Assembly (NCBI GenBank): GCA_040219255.1
Contig: JAVJSW010000040.1
Location: 1-49,005 of the forward strand
Direction: 5' to 3'
DNA from: Sumerlaeia bacterium
Lineage (GTDB): Bacteria > Sumerlaeota > Sumerlaeia > SLMS01 > JAHLLQ01
Length of the DNA: 49,005 bases
Position numbers and translations under genes: made by a program. A model generated the notes under the pieces. It was not told the origin of the DNA. It ran no database searches and saw only the letters and a program-made list of their open reading frames with translations. Shown here one piece after another: positions 1-10,162 of this stretch. Positions within the stretch are counted from its first letter, which is position 1. Every line of letters begins with the position of its first letter.

Positions 1-2
1 TC

Positions 3-122
3 GAGACGGGCGCGGACGCCCCCGCCTACGAGACCCCCCGGATCGAAACCCGCGAAGCCGCGGACCTGGACAGCCTGCTGCTGGACGTGAACGCCTTCAC
101 CGGCGACCCGTTCGAGCTGTAG
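3..122 (+). CDS. 3' end of a gene entering from the left edge (ETGADAPAYETPRIETREAADLDSLLLDVNAFTGDPFEL*)
   Basis: Open frame 3..122 with G/C at nearly every third codon position, TAG at 120-122, followed by a terminator hairpin; the start lies outside the window. Confidence 0.7.
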   Translation, partial: ETGADAPAYETPRIETREAADLDSLLLDVNAFTGDPFEL

Positions 123-157
123 AGCCTCCAGCCCAGGCTCACGCCTGACAGAACCTC

Positions 158-202
158 CGCCGCCCCGGGCCGTTTCGATGACGGCCCGGGGCGGCGTCTT
201 TT
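158..202 (+). terminator. Rho-independent terminator
   Basis: Perfect 16-bp stem CGCCGCCCCGGGCCGT (158-173) / ACGGCCCGGGGCGGCG (181-196), 7-nt loop, then TCTTTT. Confidence 0.85.
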
Positions 203-249
203 ATGCAATGTCTTTATGAATGACAAGAATTCGAGGGGGACCTCCCGCG

Positions 250-279
250 TTGACAGGCCGGAGGTTCCGGCCGCATGCT
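250..279 (+). promoter_or_regulatory. Possible sigma70-type promoter for the synthase gene
   Basis: TTGACA (250-255), 18-nt spacer, CATGCT (274-279); the -10 is non-consensus. Confidence 0.3.
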
Positions 280-357
280 CGGCGGGTGATGCGCCGATTC
301 CGGCCTTGCGGCTGGGCAGGCGTTTCAACTGGACTGAAGGATTTTCGAGGACTGAAC

Positions 358-1995
358 ATGAGCACCCTCCCCTACCCCGGCCGCCGCAAGCTGGACATCA
401 TGGACACGACGTTGCGCGACGGCGAGCAAACGCAAGGCGTCAGCTATCCGGGCAACGAGAAGCTGATTCTGGCGCAGGCGCTGCTGGGCCGCGTGGGGGT
501 GGACCGCATCGAGGTGGCAAGCTGCCGCGTCTCGAAGGGGGAGTTGAAGTCGCTGGCTTCGATCATGGAATGGGCGGAGTCCCAGGGTTTTGGCGACCGA
601 GTCGAGGTGCTCTCCTTCACCGATACGAACAAGAGCGCCGATTGGATGCGCGAAGCCGGGTGCCGGCGGATGAATCTGCTGACGAAGGGGTCGCTGAATC
701 ACCTGACGAAGCAGTTGCGCAAGACTCCGCAGCAGCACCGCGACGACATCCGCGCGACGCTGGATTACAGCCGCGGCGTCGGCATCAGCGTGTCGATCTA
801 TCTCGAGGATTGGTCGAACGGCATGCTGCACTCTCGCGATTACGTTTACGAGATGCTGGACGCCTACGCGCAGTGGCCCTTCGAGCGCATCCTGCTGCCG
901 GACACGCTGGGGGTTCTGAACCCCTCGCAGGTGCATGAGATGATCGCGGACCTGAGGACGCGCTATCCAGAGACCCTGTTCGAATTCCACGCGCACAACG
1001 ACTACGGTTTCGCCACGGCGAATACGCTGATGGCGGCTCAATTGGGTGTGGCCGGCGTGCATTGCACGGTGAACGGCCTGGGAGAGCGCGCAGGCAACGC
1101 GAGCCTGGACGAGTTGGTGGCGGCGATGCGCGACCACAGCGACCGCGAGGTTGGCGTGGACGAAACGGAACTGCAAGCGATCAGCGAACTGGTGCAGGTT
1201 TACAGCGGCAAGCGCGTGGCCGACAACAAGCCCATCGCCGGCCGCAGCGTCTTTACCCAGACAGCCGGCATCCACGCCGACGGCGACAAGAAGGGCGACC
1301 TGTACGCGTCGCGGCTGAGCCCGGAGCGCTTTGGGCGCGACCGCCAGTACGCGCTGGGCAAGCTGTCAGGGCGGTCGAACCTGGAATTCAATCTGAACAC
1401 GCTGAATCTGGATCTGACGCCCGATCAGCGCCAGAAGGTGTTGGATCGGGTGATCGAGTTGGGCGACAAGAAGCACAACGTGACCGCCGAGGATCTGCCG
1501 TTCATCATCGCGGACGTGCTGCAATCGCCCCAGGACAAGGCGTTCCAGGTGATTTCCTGTGCCATCACGAGCGCGCTGAACACGTTGCCCGTGGCGACGG
1601 TGCGCGTGGCCTACAAAGGCAAGGAGTACAAGGCGGGGGGCACGGGCTCGGGCGGTTTCGATGCGTTCATGAAGGCGCTGCGGAGTCTGGAGGCGGACAT
1701 GGGGCTGGAACTGCCCCGGCTGGCGGACTATGAGGTCCACATCCCGCCGGGCGGCCGCACCGACGCCATCGTGGAAACGACGATCACGTGGGAGAACGGG
1801 CTGCGAACCCGGGCGGTGAACAGCGATCAGGTGATGGCCGCCATCGAAGCCACCGAGCGCGCCGTGAACTTGATCGAGCTGGGCCTGGTGCCGGAGAAAA
1901 CGAAGCGCTCGCGCCTCCTGATCGACGGCGAGCTGGACGGCGAGAGCAGCGATGCGTTAAGCCGGGACGCGGTGAAGACGGAAACGGCGGGGTGA
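358..1995 (+). CDS. cimA: Alpha-isopropylmalate synthase family enzyme, probably (R)-citramalate synthase
   Basis: DTTLRDGEQ, HAHNDYG, NGLGERAGNA and a C-terminal LeuA-type regulatory domain; QTAGIHADGD and LLTKGSLNH resemble Leptospira/Bacteroidota-type CimA more than LeuA. ATG 358 chosen as start. Confidence 0.8.
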   Translation: MSTLPYPGRRKLDIMDTTLRDGEQTQGVSYPGNEKLILAQALLGRVGVDRIEVASCRVSKGELKSLASIMEWAESQGFGDRVEVLSFTDTNKSADWMREAGCRRMNLLTKGSLNHLTKQLRKTPQQHRDDIRATLDYSRGVGISVSIYLEDWSNGMLHSRDYVYEMLDAYAQWPFERILLPDTLGVLNPSQVHEMIADLRTRYPETLFEFHAHNDYGFATANTLMAAQLGVAGVHCTVNGLGERAGNASLDELVAAMRDHSDREVGVDETELQAISELVQVYSGKRVADNKPIAGRSVFTQTAGIHADGDKKGDLYASRLSPERFGRDRQYALGKLSGRSNLEFNLNTLNLDLTPDQRQKVLDRVIELGDKKHNVTAEDLPFIIADVLQSPQDKAFQVISCAITSALNTLPVATVRVAYKGKEYKAGGTGSGGFDAFMKALRSLEADMGLELPRLADYEVHIPPGGRTDAIVETTITWENGLRTRAVNSDQVMAAIEATERAVNLIELGLVPEKTKRSRLLIDGELDGESSDALSRDAVKTETAG

Positions 1996-3434
1996 CGGCG
2001 AAGCGGCGGCGCTACGATGACGAGGCTGGCAGGGCTTTGCTGGCGGCGGCGCGGGACGGCGACATCGGGGGAATTCGAGCAGCCATCGCCACCGGCGCCA
2101 ACATTGAAATCAAATCCACGGAAACCCATAAACGAACTCCGTTATTGGAGGCGGCGATCCATTGCCGCCATCTGGCGACGGAATATCTGATTCAGGCCGG
2201 GGCGGATATGCTCCGCAAGGGCCGTGACGGGTTTTCGCTGCTGCATTACGCGGCGCTGAGCGGAAACGTATCGCTGGCCGAGGACCTGGTTCGGCGGGGG
2301 GCGCCGGTGTCGCTGTCGCACCGGGGGCTGGGAACGCCACTGTGTTGCGCGGCGGCCTGTCTGGAAGGGGAGAACGCGGCGCTGCGGCTTGTGCATGAAC
2401 TGTTGGAGCACGGGGCGAAAGCTCTGGAGTGGGCGCCGGATTTTCATCTGCCGTGCCCGCTGCCGAACACCGATTACGATCTGCGCCAGAAATTCGTTTC
2501 CGGCATGGCGGCGTTGCATTTGGCGACCCTGATGGATTATCGATCCGTGATGGCGTTGTTGCTCGATCGCGGCGCCAAGGCCAATGTCCGTTGCCGCCAG
2601 GGCGACAAGGAACTGGACGACGAAGGGCGCACGCCGCTGTTTTTCGCCCGGAGCCCGGAGGCGGTGCGGCTGCTGTTGGAGCACGGCGCCGATCCGAACG
2701 CTCTGATTCAGGGCCATATCGCCGCCATTTTCGAAATTCCGTCGCCGAAGGACTCGGCGGAGGCGGAGGCCATGATGTGGCTGCTGCTGCGCGCGGGGCA
2801 CAAGCCGACGCCCACCGGCGCCGACCGCAAGACGCTGCTGCATATCGCGACCTCGCCGGAGATGGTGCGTTTTCTCCTCAAGCTGGGCCTCGATCCCAAC
2901 GCGCGGGACAATCGGGGACGCACGCCGCTGCATTATGCCTCCGGGCCGGACATTGTGGAAACGACGCGCCTGCTCCTCGAAGCCGGCGCCGACCCGGACG
3001 CCACCGACGATTTGGGCCGCCGGCCCATCAGCCGAGGCTATTTCAACGCCGAGCTGATGGACTTGTACCTGCGGTATGAAGCCGACTGGAAATCGCCCAT
3101 GAAGTACTATGGCACGCGGAATTATCCGCTGCCGCTGGCGATCGTGGTGGGCTCCTCGGTCAATTTCCCGCGCCAGATTCTCTTTGCCGAAACCCTCGAA
3201 GTCCTCAAGCGCCACGGCGTGCCGCTGGACATGCAGGACGCCCAGGGCTACACGGCGCTGCTCCAGGTGGTGAAGAACGGTTGGCTGGAGGCGACGGAGG
3301 TCCTGATCAAGCTCGGCTGCGACCCCACCATCCGCAACCACGAGGGCCACAACGCCTTCGACATTGCCAACGAACTCTCGGAACCGGGCCCGGTGCTGCG
3401 GGCGTTGCGGTCGCGGGATTTGCCCGTGGGGTGA
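1992..3434 (+). CDS. Ankyrin repeat protein
   Basis: Many ANK motifs (RTPLLEAA, FSLLHYAA, GRTPLFFA, GRTPLHYA, LLEAGADPDATD); the GTG start overlaps the upstream TGA (GTGA). Confidence 0.85.
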   Translation: MTAKRRRYDDEAGRALLAAARDGDIGGIRAAIATGANIEIKSTETHKRTPLLEAAIHCRHLATEYLIQAGADMLRKGRDGFSLLHYAALSGNVSLAEDLVRRGAPVSLSHRGLGTPLCCAAACLEGENAALRLVHELLEHGAKALEWAPDFHLPCPLPNTDYDLRQKFVSGMAALHLATLMDYRSVMALLLDRGAKANVRCRQGDKELDDEGRTPLFFARSPEAVRLLLEHGADPNALIQGHIAAIFEIPSPKDSAEAEAMMWLLLRAGHKPTPTGADRKTLLHIATSPEMVRFLLKLGLDPNARDNRGRTPLHYASGPDIVETTRLLLEAGADPDATDDLGRRPISRGYFNAELMDLYLRYEADWKSPMKYYGTRNYPLPLAIVVGSSVNFPRQILFAETLEVLKRHGVPLDMQDAQGYTALLQVVKNGWLEATEVLIKLGCDPTIRNHEGHNAFDIANELSEPGPVLRALRSRDLPVG

Positions 3435-3554
3435 AGGCGAAGAGACGATGGAGGCGGGCTCCGGTGACGAAACGTGTGTGCGGAATGGGGCGTTCATGGG
3501 CTGCGGGCTCCCGGTGCGGTGACGATCTGGAGAGAGCGTGACACAGGCCGCCCC

Positions 3555-3604
3555 GTTTGTCCCCTCATGTGGAGACTCGGGAACAAGAAAGACAAAAAAG
3601 ACTT
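3555..3604. repeat. 50-bp dispersed direct repeat, copy 1 (copy 2 at 36606-36655)
   Basis: GTTTGTCCCCTCATGTGGAG...ACAAGAAAGACAAAA...ACTT; 45/50 identical to 36606-36655 by manual alignment. Confidence 0.85.
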
Positions 3605-3670
3605 CGGGAGCTTGTGGAGCTTATCCCAATCACGCGTTTTTTCGGCGCGGATGTGGGGCTCGAAACCCGA

Positions 3671-3723
3671 TCATTGCCCGGCGAAGCCTCCGTCGCCGAC
3701 GCGGCGGGCCTGGCCGAGGGAGG
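3671..3723 (-). repeat. Duplicated 3' end of the MmeI-like gene (att-like direct repeat of 5449-5501)
   Basis: 50/53 identical to 5449-5501; encodes [16 protein letters not shown] on the minus strand. Confidence 0.9.
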
Positions 3724-3869
3724 AATCCGAGATTTTCCTTCAGAATTACGGACGGGGGGCGTGGTGAAGGTTTGGGTTTCGGGAACGGAGCCCGGTTTTT
3801 TCCTTGCACTTTGCATTCATCAAGGCCTATATAGTAATTAGTAATATGGAAAGCTGTTGTTGTTTGATT

Positions 3870-5357
3870 ATGAATCTGATATATTTACCCCTTTGCGCCT
3901 TTTTTTTCGCGGTCGGCTCCATGGCGATTACCCGTGAGGCCACTGCGCAACCGAGCCCGGATGCGGATCACGACGTCATCACCTCGGCGGAGGGTACCGA
4001 CGTCGATGAGTACGACTCGAATCTGAGGGCCACCTCCCCCGATTACGTTGCCTATTCTCCGTGCGGCACCATCGGGGTCTCCTATGTCGATCTGGAATCA
4101 TTCAGAGATAGGGTTCGCCTTTACGCCCTCGATGGGACCTTCACCGAAATCGAAGCCCCCTCCTTGAATTACCGGAAGGCCTTCTTTTTCTCTTCCGGTT
4201 GCACACCCGCTTTTTTCGCCTCCGGTTTTTCCGGCTTGGAATTTCATCGTTACGACGGAACGGAATGGCGGAAAAGCTCGGTTCCCGCCGGTTCCGGTAT
4301 CTCCTGGCTCATTGGCCTGAGAGCGGTCACCGACGGCGATGGCAACACTCACGTTCTGATCAAGCATGGGAGCGACGAACTATCGCTCACATATTTGACC
4401 GACGCTTCCGGCCGGTGGGAAAGCTCCCTGATCGGCACCGCCGGTCTGAGGAACTATTCCGCGGAGGAAGAGGGCGACGCCTTATTCTCCCTTGCCATCG
4501 ATTCGCAAGGCCGCCCCCACGTGGCGTTTTCCCAGACCGATTGCTATCAGGGCAATCCGGACCTGGGCCCTCAATGTCTCCAAACCAGTCTTTGGTATGC
4601 GACGCTGGACGGCGGCACGTGGGTGCGCGAACTGGTCGATTCCGCGGAGGATGAAAGCAGCGAGCGCCTGGGGGCCTCGATCGCCATTCTTCCCGGAGAC
4701 AGGCCGGCTATCGCCGCCACCCGCATCGAACGCGCCGATACCCTTTCCGCCCGATTCGCCGACCTCCTCTATTTCGTCCGCCAAGGCTCCGGCGACTGGT
4801 CGCGCCAGTTCGTCATCGGCAAGGGACAGGATTCGTTCTGCGGCAACGATGGCTGCGAGTTCACCGGCGGCTCGCCCGATCTTTTCGTCGATGACGCGGG
4901 CCGTCCCCATATCTTCTTCACCGATATCGCCTCCAGCCATTACCCCTGCTGCGGCCAGCTCTTCAGTCCGGGAAATCTGCGCCTGGCCAGCAACGACGGT
5001 TCGGGGTGGAAATTCACGACGCTCTTTCGGTCCAACGACGCCCCCCGCGACGATGACGATCCGGAAGTCAACATCAAGCACATCTCGCCCATCGTCTCCG
5101 CCGACGGCTCCGAGTTCGCCGTCGCTTTTCTGGATACCTTCGTGGATATCGAGGACGATTTTTTCACACGCCTCAACCATCGCTACATGCGCGGTTCCAC
5201 CCGCTTCGCCGGCGAAGGGTTCGTCGCCACGCAAGAACCTATGGACCCGTTGCTCGGACGTCTCCTCGGCCTGCAAGACGGCTCCCTGGGAACCCATGAC
5301 CGCAACGGGGACGCCGTCGTCGATATCGCCGACCATCTGACCCCGGGCTTTCGCTGA
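3870..5357 (+). CDS. Secreted repeat-containing (beta-propeller-like) protein with C-terminal dockerin/EF-hand-like motif
   Basis: Hydrophobic N-terminus ending ATAQ; repeats such as SLAIDSQGRPHVAF, LFVDDAGRPHIFF and DGxxW; C-terminal DRNGDAVVDIADHL. Start uncertain (3846 or 3870). Confidence 0.65.
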   Translation: MNLIYLPLCAFFFAVGSMAITREATAQPSPDADHDVITSAEGTDVDEYDSNLRATSPDYVAYSPCGTIGVSYVDLESFRDRVRLYALDGTFTEIEAPSLNYRKAFFFSSGCTPAFFASGFSGLEFHRYDGTEWRKSSVPAGSGISWLIGLRAVTDGDGNTHVLIKHGSDELSLTYLTDASGRWESSLIGTAGLRNYSAEEEGDALFSLAIDSQGRPHVAFSQTDCYQGNPDLGPQCLQTSLWYATLDGGTWVRELVDSAEDESSERLGASIAILPGDRPAIAATRIERADTLSARFADLLYFVRQGSGDWSRQFVIGKGQDSFCGNDGCEFTGGSPDLFVDDAGRPHIFFTDIASSHYPCCGQLFSPGNLRLASNDGSGWKFTTLFRSNDAPRDDDDPEVNIKHISPIVSADGSEFAVAFLDTFVDIEDDFFTRLNHRYMRGSTRFAGEGFVATQEPMDPLLGRLLGLQDGSLGTHDRNGDAVVDIADHLTPGFR

Positions 5358-5448
5358 GGCTCCAGGAACAATAGGTCCCCGGGGATTGCTGGAATGGCAG
5401 TCGTCACAGAGACGGGGCGCGCAAACTGCCGCTTCATAAACCCAACAA

Positions 5449-8400
5449 TCATTGCCCCGCGAAGCCTCCGTCGCCCACGCGGCGGGCTTGGCCGAGGGAG
5501 GCGAGGGTGTCGAGGAGTTCGGCGACGCGGTCGCGCGGGGCGCGTTTGAAGTGTTTGGCGACGGCGTCCACCGAGAGCGGGGCCGGGGCCGAGGCGAGGA
5601 CGCGGCGGATGGCCTGGGCTTGCTCGGGCAGGGTTTTGGGCCAGGGCTCGCGGTCTTTGGGTTTGGGCGCGGGGGCGGCGGGTTGGAGTTCGGCTTCGTC
5701 GGCCTCCACCGCCAGCTCGGTTTGCCGGTCCGTCTCTCCGGGGGCTTGGTATTCGGGGCGCAGCCATCGGATCTTGCCCTGCGCTTCCTCGGCGGCGCGT
5801 TCCTGGTTCAGCGCCACCAGCCGCTCCAGCACCTCGTCCTCGGGCAAATCGGCGGGCCAGCCATAGGCCTCCGCCACGGCGGCGTCCAGGTCGTCGTGGA
5901 TTTGCTTCAACACGGCGACGAGCCCCTTGTCATAGGCGTCGCGCTCTTTTTTGGTCAACTCGCGCCCGGCGCGCAGGGCCTCCAGGGCGTTGTACATCGC
6001 CGTCAACGTCAGGTCCGGGTGCTCGGCCTGGCGGGCCTTGCGGTGGGCGTCGAGGCGCTCGCCGAGATCGCGAATGCGGGCGCGCTGGGCCTCGGTGGGG
6101 TCGGGGAAGGGGAAGGGGTCGAAGCAAACGGAATTATTATAGCGGGGTCGATCTTCGAGAGTACCGCCTGATGCAAGGGTCCAAGCAATGTGATACTTCG
6201 AGGACAAAACACCAAGAATCTCGGCGATTTCTACCGCAATCACCACAAGACCTTGGTCCGGAATCACATCGGAGTCTTGAAAAACAAAGATACGATGCTT
6301 AGCAGTCATGGTGGTGACAATAAATCGATGTAACCTAGATGTCGCCACTCGCAATTCCGGGCGCGGCTTGGCAAATACCCACCATTTTTCAAAGTAAGCG
6401 TCCGCATCTTTAGAACGCCCAATTTTCGCTTTTCGATCAAGGAAGACTGAATCGCGTAAATGCTGATAAATACCTGGAAACTTGCTAATCACAACATTCT
6501 CTTCGTAATTGTACAAGTCGATACAATACATATTACGCTCTCTTTGAACAACGTCCTTACCATTCAGAGTAGGCTTTATAACACCGTCCGTATTTCCGCC
6601 TGCAAGCCGCTTAGTCTCTAACTCGTCAATCAAAAAACCAGCTCCCATAAATGTCACTCCACGTAGTGCTAAGCCACTATTTGATAATAACTTTTGTGAC
6701 CTCCATACTTCTACGTCGATCGTCAATGCTGCATTGATTCGACCAAAATGGGGCCGCACCTCAATAATATTATGATCTTTTCCATCCCATAACTCGCTAA
6801 CAACAGCTTCAAGTTTGCCATCCTGTGCCGTATTACATGAACAAACCGTCATCGCTATCCGCACCGCCGCGCCGTCAGCGGCGGAAACCCAGGGGTGATC
6901 CGGCACGGCGTAGAGGATCGAGAGCGGGGCCTTCTTGTCGGACAAATGGCGGTCGATGACGCGGCGATTGAAGACCTGGCGCAGGCTGTTGGTGGTGATG
7001 AAGCCAAAGCGCTCGGCCTCTCCCGTGCGGACGAGGCGGGCGGCTTCGTCCCACCAATAGAGCACGAAATCGGCGCTCTCGGGCATGTCGCGATGGGCGG
7101 CCCAGAGAGCTTCGGCATAGCCATCGCCGAGGGACGCGCGGAGGTCCTTGCCCCCAATAAACGGCGGATTCCCCACAATAAACTCCGCCTCCGGCCACTC
7201 CGCCGGCCTTGGGTTCACGTAGCGCTGGAGTTCGATGCGGGCCGTTTCGTCGGGGACTTGTTCGCCGGTGACGGGGTGGCGTTTGAAGGTGCGGCCGTCC
7301 CATCGGGTGCGGACGGCGCCGGTGGCGGGGTCGAGGTCGGGTTCGGTGGCGTCCCAGGCCAGGACGGCGTCTCGGCATTGGATGTTGTGGAAATCGCGGA
7401 TGATGGGTTCGCGCCATTCCGGCTGGCCGCCGGGCGTGGGGGTGCGAATGACCCATTGCAGATAGCCGATCCAGAGGACCAGTTCGGCGATGGCGGCGGC
7501 GCGGGGGTTGACCTCGATGCCGAGGAATTGGCGGGGATCGACGGTGAAGTGATCGCCGGAGAGGGCAAGCTGGCCGTGGCCGAGGGCTTCGAGGAGCGAG
7601 AGCACTTCGCCTTCGAGGCGTTTCATGTGGTCGAGCGTCACATAGAGGAAGTTCCCCGAGCCGCAGGCGGGGTCGAGGATGCGGGTCTCGCAGAGGCGAT
7701 CGTGAAAGGCGCGGACGATCTTGGCCGCTTCCTCCTGCTGGTCATCGTCGGCCAGGGCGGTGGCGGCGGCCTGGACGGCGTCCCATTCCTCGCGCAGGGG
7801 GTTGATGACGGTTGGCATGACGAGCCGTTCCACATAGGCCCGGGGCGTGTAGTGGGCGCCCAGTTTGTGGCGTTCGATGGGCGAGAGGGCGCGTTCCAGC
7901 AAGGTGCCGAAGATGGCGGGTTCGACATCGCGCCAGTCCGCGGCGGCGGCCTCGATCAGCAATTCCAACTCATCGCGCGTCAGGGGCAGGGCCGAGGGTT
8001 CGCGGAAGAGGCCGCCATTGAAACACAGGATTTTGCGCCGCAGCGTGGCGCAGTAACCGCCCGCGTCCATATCGTGCCAGAGGGCCTGGAGCGCCGGGAC
8101 GACGGCGGGCAGATCGCCGCGCAGGCCTTCGAGCAAGTCGCGAAAGGAGCGATCGGGCAGCAGGTCCACGTCCTCGGCGAACATGGTAAAGAGGCAGCGC
8201 ATGAGGAAATGGGCGACGTCGGCGGGGTTGTTCCCGGCGGTCTCCAGGCTGCGGGCGAGGCGGGCGAGGCGCTCGGCGATGTCGCGGGTGACCTTGGCCG
8301 AGCGGCGGCTCGGGTCGAGCGCCATGGGGTCGAGCCAGATCGCCCGAAGGGTGTCGCGGACGTCCTCGCGATGCAGGTCCGCCATGTAGAGGCGATGGCT

Positions 8401-8931
8401 GCGGGCGTCGGGAAAGGGCGTATAGGAGCCCCCGGAGCGCGAGAACTCGGCATAGAGATCGAAGCAATAGCCGATGTCCACCACGAGGAGGAAGGGCGGA
8501 CGGCCTTCGGAGGCGGGCAGTTCGCGGGCGTAGCCCTGGGCCTGGCCCTTGGCCTTGAGCATCGTCGAGTCCCAGGTGGCCGAGCCGCGCTTGCCGTGGC
8601 CCTGCTTGCGTTTCGCGGCGGCGGTCGAGCGGGCCAGGGCCTCGGCCTGCGCCTCGTTGGCCTCCACGCCCTGCTTCGTCTCGCACACGAAACAGCCGCG
8701 GCGGTAGAGGTCCGCATAGCCGGTCGAGGTGCTGCCGCCCGGATGGTGCATCGTCACGGCGCGGTCGAAGACGTAGGCGTTATCCTCCTCCTTGGCGACG
8801 GCGGGGTCCGGCGGCGGGACGTCGAGGAGGGTGCAAAGCTCGGACAGGAAGGACTGATAATTCCCGCGCTCGCTGCCGCCCGATGGCGACCAGCGATCAA
8901 TGAAGGCGTCGATCTGGGCGGGGGTCGGCAT
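5449..8931 (-). CDS. MmeI-like type IIL/IIG fused restriction endonuclease-N6-adenine methyltransferase
   Basis: N-terminal PD-(D/E)xK-like [14 protein letters not shown]; GAHYTP; motif [12 protein letters not shown]; motif IV GNPPF; C-terminal [14 protein letters not shown] and [11 protein letters not shown] typical of the MmeI family. Confidence 0.9.
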   Translation of the reverse strand: MPTPAQIDAFIDRWSPSGGSERGNYQSFLSELCTLLDVPPPDPAVAKEEDNAYVFDRAVTMHHPGGSTSTGYADLYRRGCFVCETKQGVEANEAQAEALARSTAAAKRKQGHGKRGSATWDSTMLKAKGQAQGYARELPASEGRPPFLLVVDIGYCFDLYAEFSRSGGSYTPFPDARSHRLYMADLHREDVRDTLRAIWLDPMALDPSRRSAKVTRDIAERLARLARSLETAGNNPADVAHFLMRCLFTMFAEDVDLLPDRSFRDLLEGLRGDLPAVVPALQALWHDMDAGGYCATLRRKILCFNGGLFREPSALPLTRDELELLIEAAAADWRDVEPAIFGTLLERALSPIERHKLGAHYTPRAYVERLVMPTVINPLREEWDAVQAAATALADDDQQEEAAKIVRAFHDRLCETRILDPACGSGNFLYVTLDHMKRLEGEVLSLLEALGHGQLALSGDHFTVDPRQFLGIEVNPRAAAIAELVLWIGYLQWVIRTPTPGGQPEWREPIIRDFHNIQCRDAVLAWDATEPDLDPATGAVRTRWDGRTFKRHPVTGEQVPDETARIELQRYVNPRPAEWPEAEFIVGNPPFIGGKDLRASLGDGYAEALWAAHRDMPESADFVLYWWDEAARLVRTGEAERFGFITTNSLRQVFNRRVIDRHLSDKKAPLSILYAVPDHPWVSAADGAAVRIAMTVCSCNTAQDGKLEAVVSELWDGKDHNIIEVRPHFGRINAALTIDVEVWRSQKLLSNSGLALRGVTFMGAGFLIDELETKRLAGGNTDGVIKPTLNGKDVVQRERNMYCIDLYNYEENVVISKFPGIYQHLRDSVFLDRKAKIGRSKDADAYFEKWWVFAKPRPELRVATSRLHRFIVTTMTAKHRIFVFQDSDVIPDQGLVVIAVEIAEILGVLSSKYHIAWTLASGGTLEDRPRYNNSVCFDPFPFPDPTEAQRARIRDLGERLDAHRKARQAEHPDLTLTAMYNALEALRAGRELTKKERDAYDKGLVAVLKQIHDDLDAAVAEAYGWPADLPEDEVLERLVALNQERAAEEAQGKIRWLRPEYQAPGETDRQTELAVEADEAELQPAAPAPKPKDREPWPKTLPEQAQAIRRVLASAPAPLSVDAVAKHFKRAPRDRVAELLDTLASLGQARRVGDGGFAGQ

Positions 8932-9167
8932 GGGAGGGACGGTGGCCTCGGCTCTGGCGGGATTCGGGAACCGGGGGATTTTGCGGGGCTGGAGGAAGAG
9001 TCGCAAGGGGGAGTTGCGGAGGAGGTACCCTGAGACACTCTGAACGCCGTTCTACAAGTAGGACTTCCGGGCGGCCCGGGCGGGCGGAATCATTGCCTGG
9101 TGGATGAATATTCCCGCAGCCTCCACGTAGGGAGTGTATCCCGGCCTTCGAAAGGGCCCTGTCCGCC

Positions 9168-9632
9168 ATGCCGCTGATTTCTCAACCGATCATATTGACC
9201 GCGAATTTGAGCCAATTGGAAAACGGTGACGTATTATCCCGTGCCGCCGATCGATTAGCGGGGGCGGGTATCCGCATCGACCGCTCTGGCAATCGGTTGG
9301 CGTTCAAGACCCCGCCGATGCAATCGAATCGCGACAACCCGCTTTTTTACCTGGGCCAAGGCACGATTTCCGTTGCGGGTCGGGGAACAGTCGAACTGAC
9401 GGCGGACTTGACTGGCGCACGCCGTTTGCAGAAGTTTATCCTCGTTTTCCCGGCGGTGTTGGGGCTTTTTCTTGCGGGGGGATTCTTGACGTTGGGCATG
9501 CCCAAGGGGGCGCTGATCGGGTTGCTCTCGGTGGCGCCCTGGGTGGTGATCGCCCCGTTGATGAGTAAGAAGTTCCAACGCTGTGCCGTCGAGGCGGCGG
9601 AAACGTTTCTCCATAATCTCGGCCAGAGCTGA
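9168..9632 (+). CDS. Hypothetical membrane protein (two C-terminal TM helices)
   Basis: 154-aa ORF filling the gap; hydrophobic FILVFPAVLGLFLAGGFLTL and ALIGLLSVAPWVVIAPLM. Confidence 0.6.
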   Translation: MPLISQPIILTANLSQLENGDVLSRAADRLAGAGIRIDRSGNRLAFKTPPMQSNRDNPLFYLGQGTISVAGRGTVELTADLTGARRLQKFILVFPAVLGLFLAGGFLTLGMPKGALIGLLSVAPWVVIAPLMSKKFQRCAVEAAETFLHNLGQS

Positions 9633-9685
9633 GGGCTCTCTCCTATTCGCCAATTTGCCTCGATTCCCCCTTGACTTCCCCCGTC

Positions 9686-9715
9686 GTTTACCTCAGTCAA
9701 TCTACCAAGGTAAAC
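9686..9715. promoter_or_regulatory. Putative BlaI/CopY-type operator
   Basis: Inverted repeat GTTTACCT...AGGTAAAC containing the palindrome TACC-AA-GGTA (9703-9712), like the TACAnnTGTA box, between TTGACT (9671) and the repressor gene. Confidence 0.55.
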
Positions 9716-9739
9716 ACAAAGGAGGCGAGTCGTCCGATT

Positions 9740-10162
9740 ATGACTGTCGATCGCTTTGGCGGGCGTTTGCAGACCCGCATTATGGAGGTCCTCTGGGACC
9801 GCAGACGGGCTGTCGCCCGGGAAATCACGGACGCCGTGAATGAGGCCCTGCGGGCCGACGGCGAGCCGGAGGTGAGCCACAGCACGGTGCAGACGCTGCT
9901 CCGCAAGCTGGAATCGAAGGGCGCCGTGAGGCACGAGCGCGATGGGCGGACGTTTGTGTTCCTGCCCATGGCCCGGCCCGAGGGGGTGAAGCGCCATGCG
10001 GCGCGGGACCTGATCGACCGCCTGTTCGGCGGTTCGGCGGCGGGGCTGGTGTCGTGGCTGCTGAAGAACGAAGAGGTGCCGCCGGAGGAAATCGCGCGCC
10101 TGCGCGCGCTGCTGGCCGAGCAGGAAGCCACCGCCGACCCCGAAAAGGAGGCCGAAGCATGA
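9740..10162 (+). CDS. BlaI/MecI/CopY family transcriptional repressor
   Basis: IMEVLW, STVQTLLRKLESKGAV, RDGRTFVF, LIDRLFGGSAAGLV. Confidence 0.92.
   Translation: MTVDRFGGRLQTRIMEVLWDRRRAVAREITDAVNEALRADGEPEVSHSTVQTLLRKLESKGAVRHERDGRTFVFLPMARPEGVKRHAARDLIDRLFGGSAAGLVSWLLKNEEVPPEEIARLRALLAEQEATADPEKEAEA

Noticed and set aside
6895-9033. 712-aa plus-strand ORF
   Set aside because: Antisense mirror of the MmeI-like gene.
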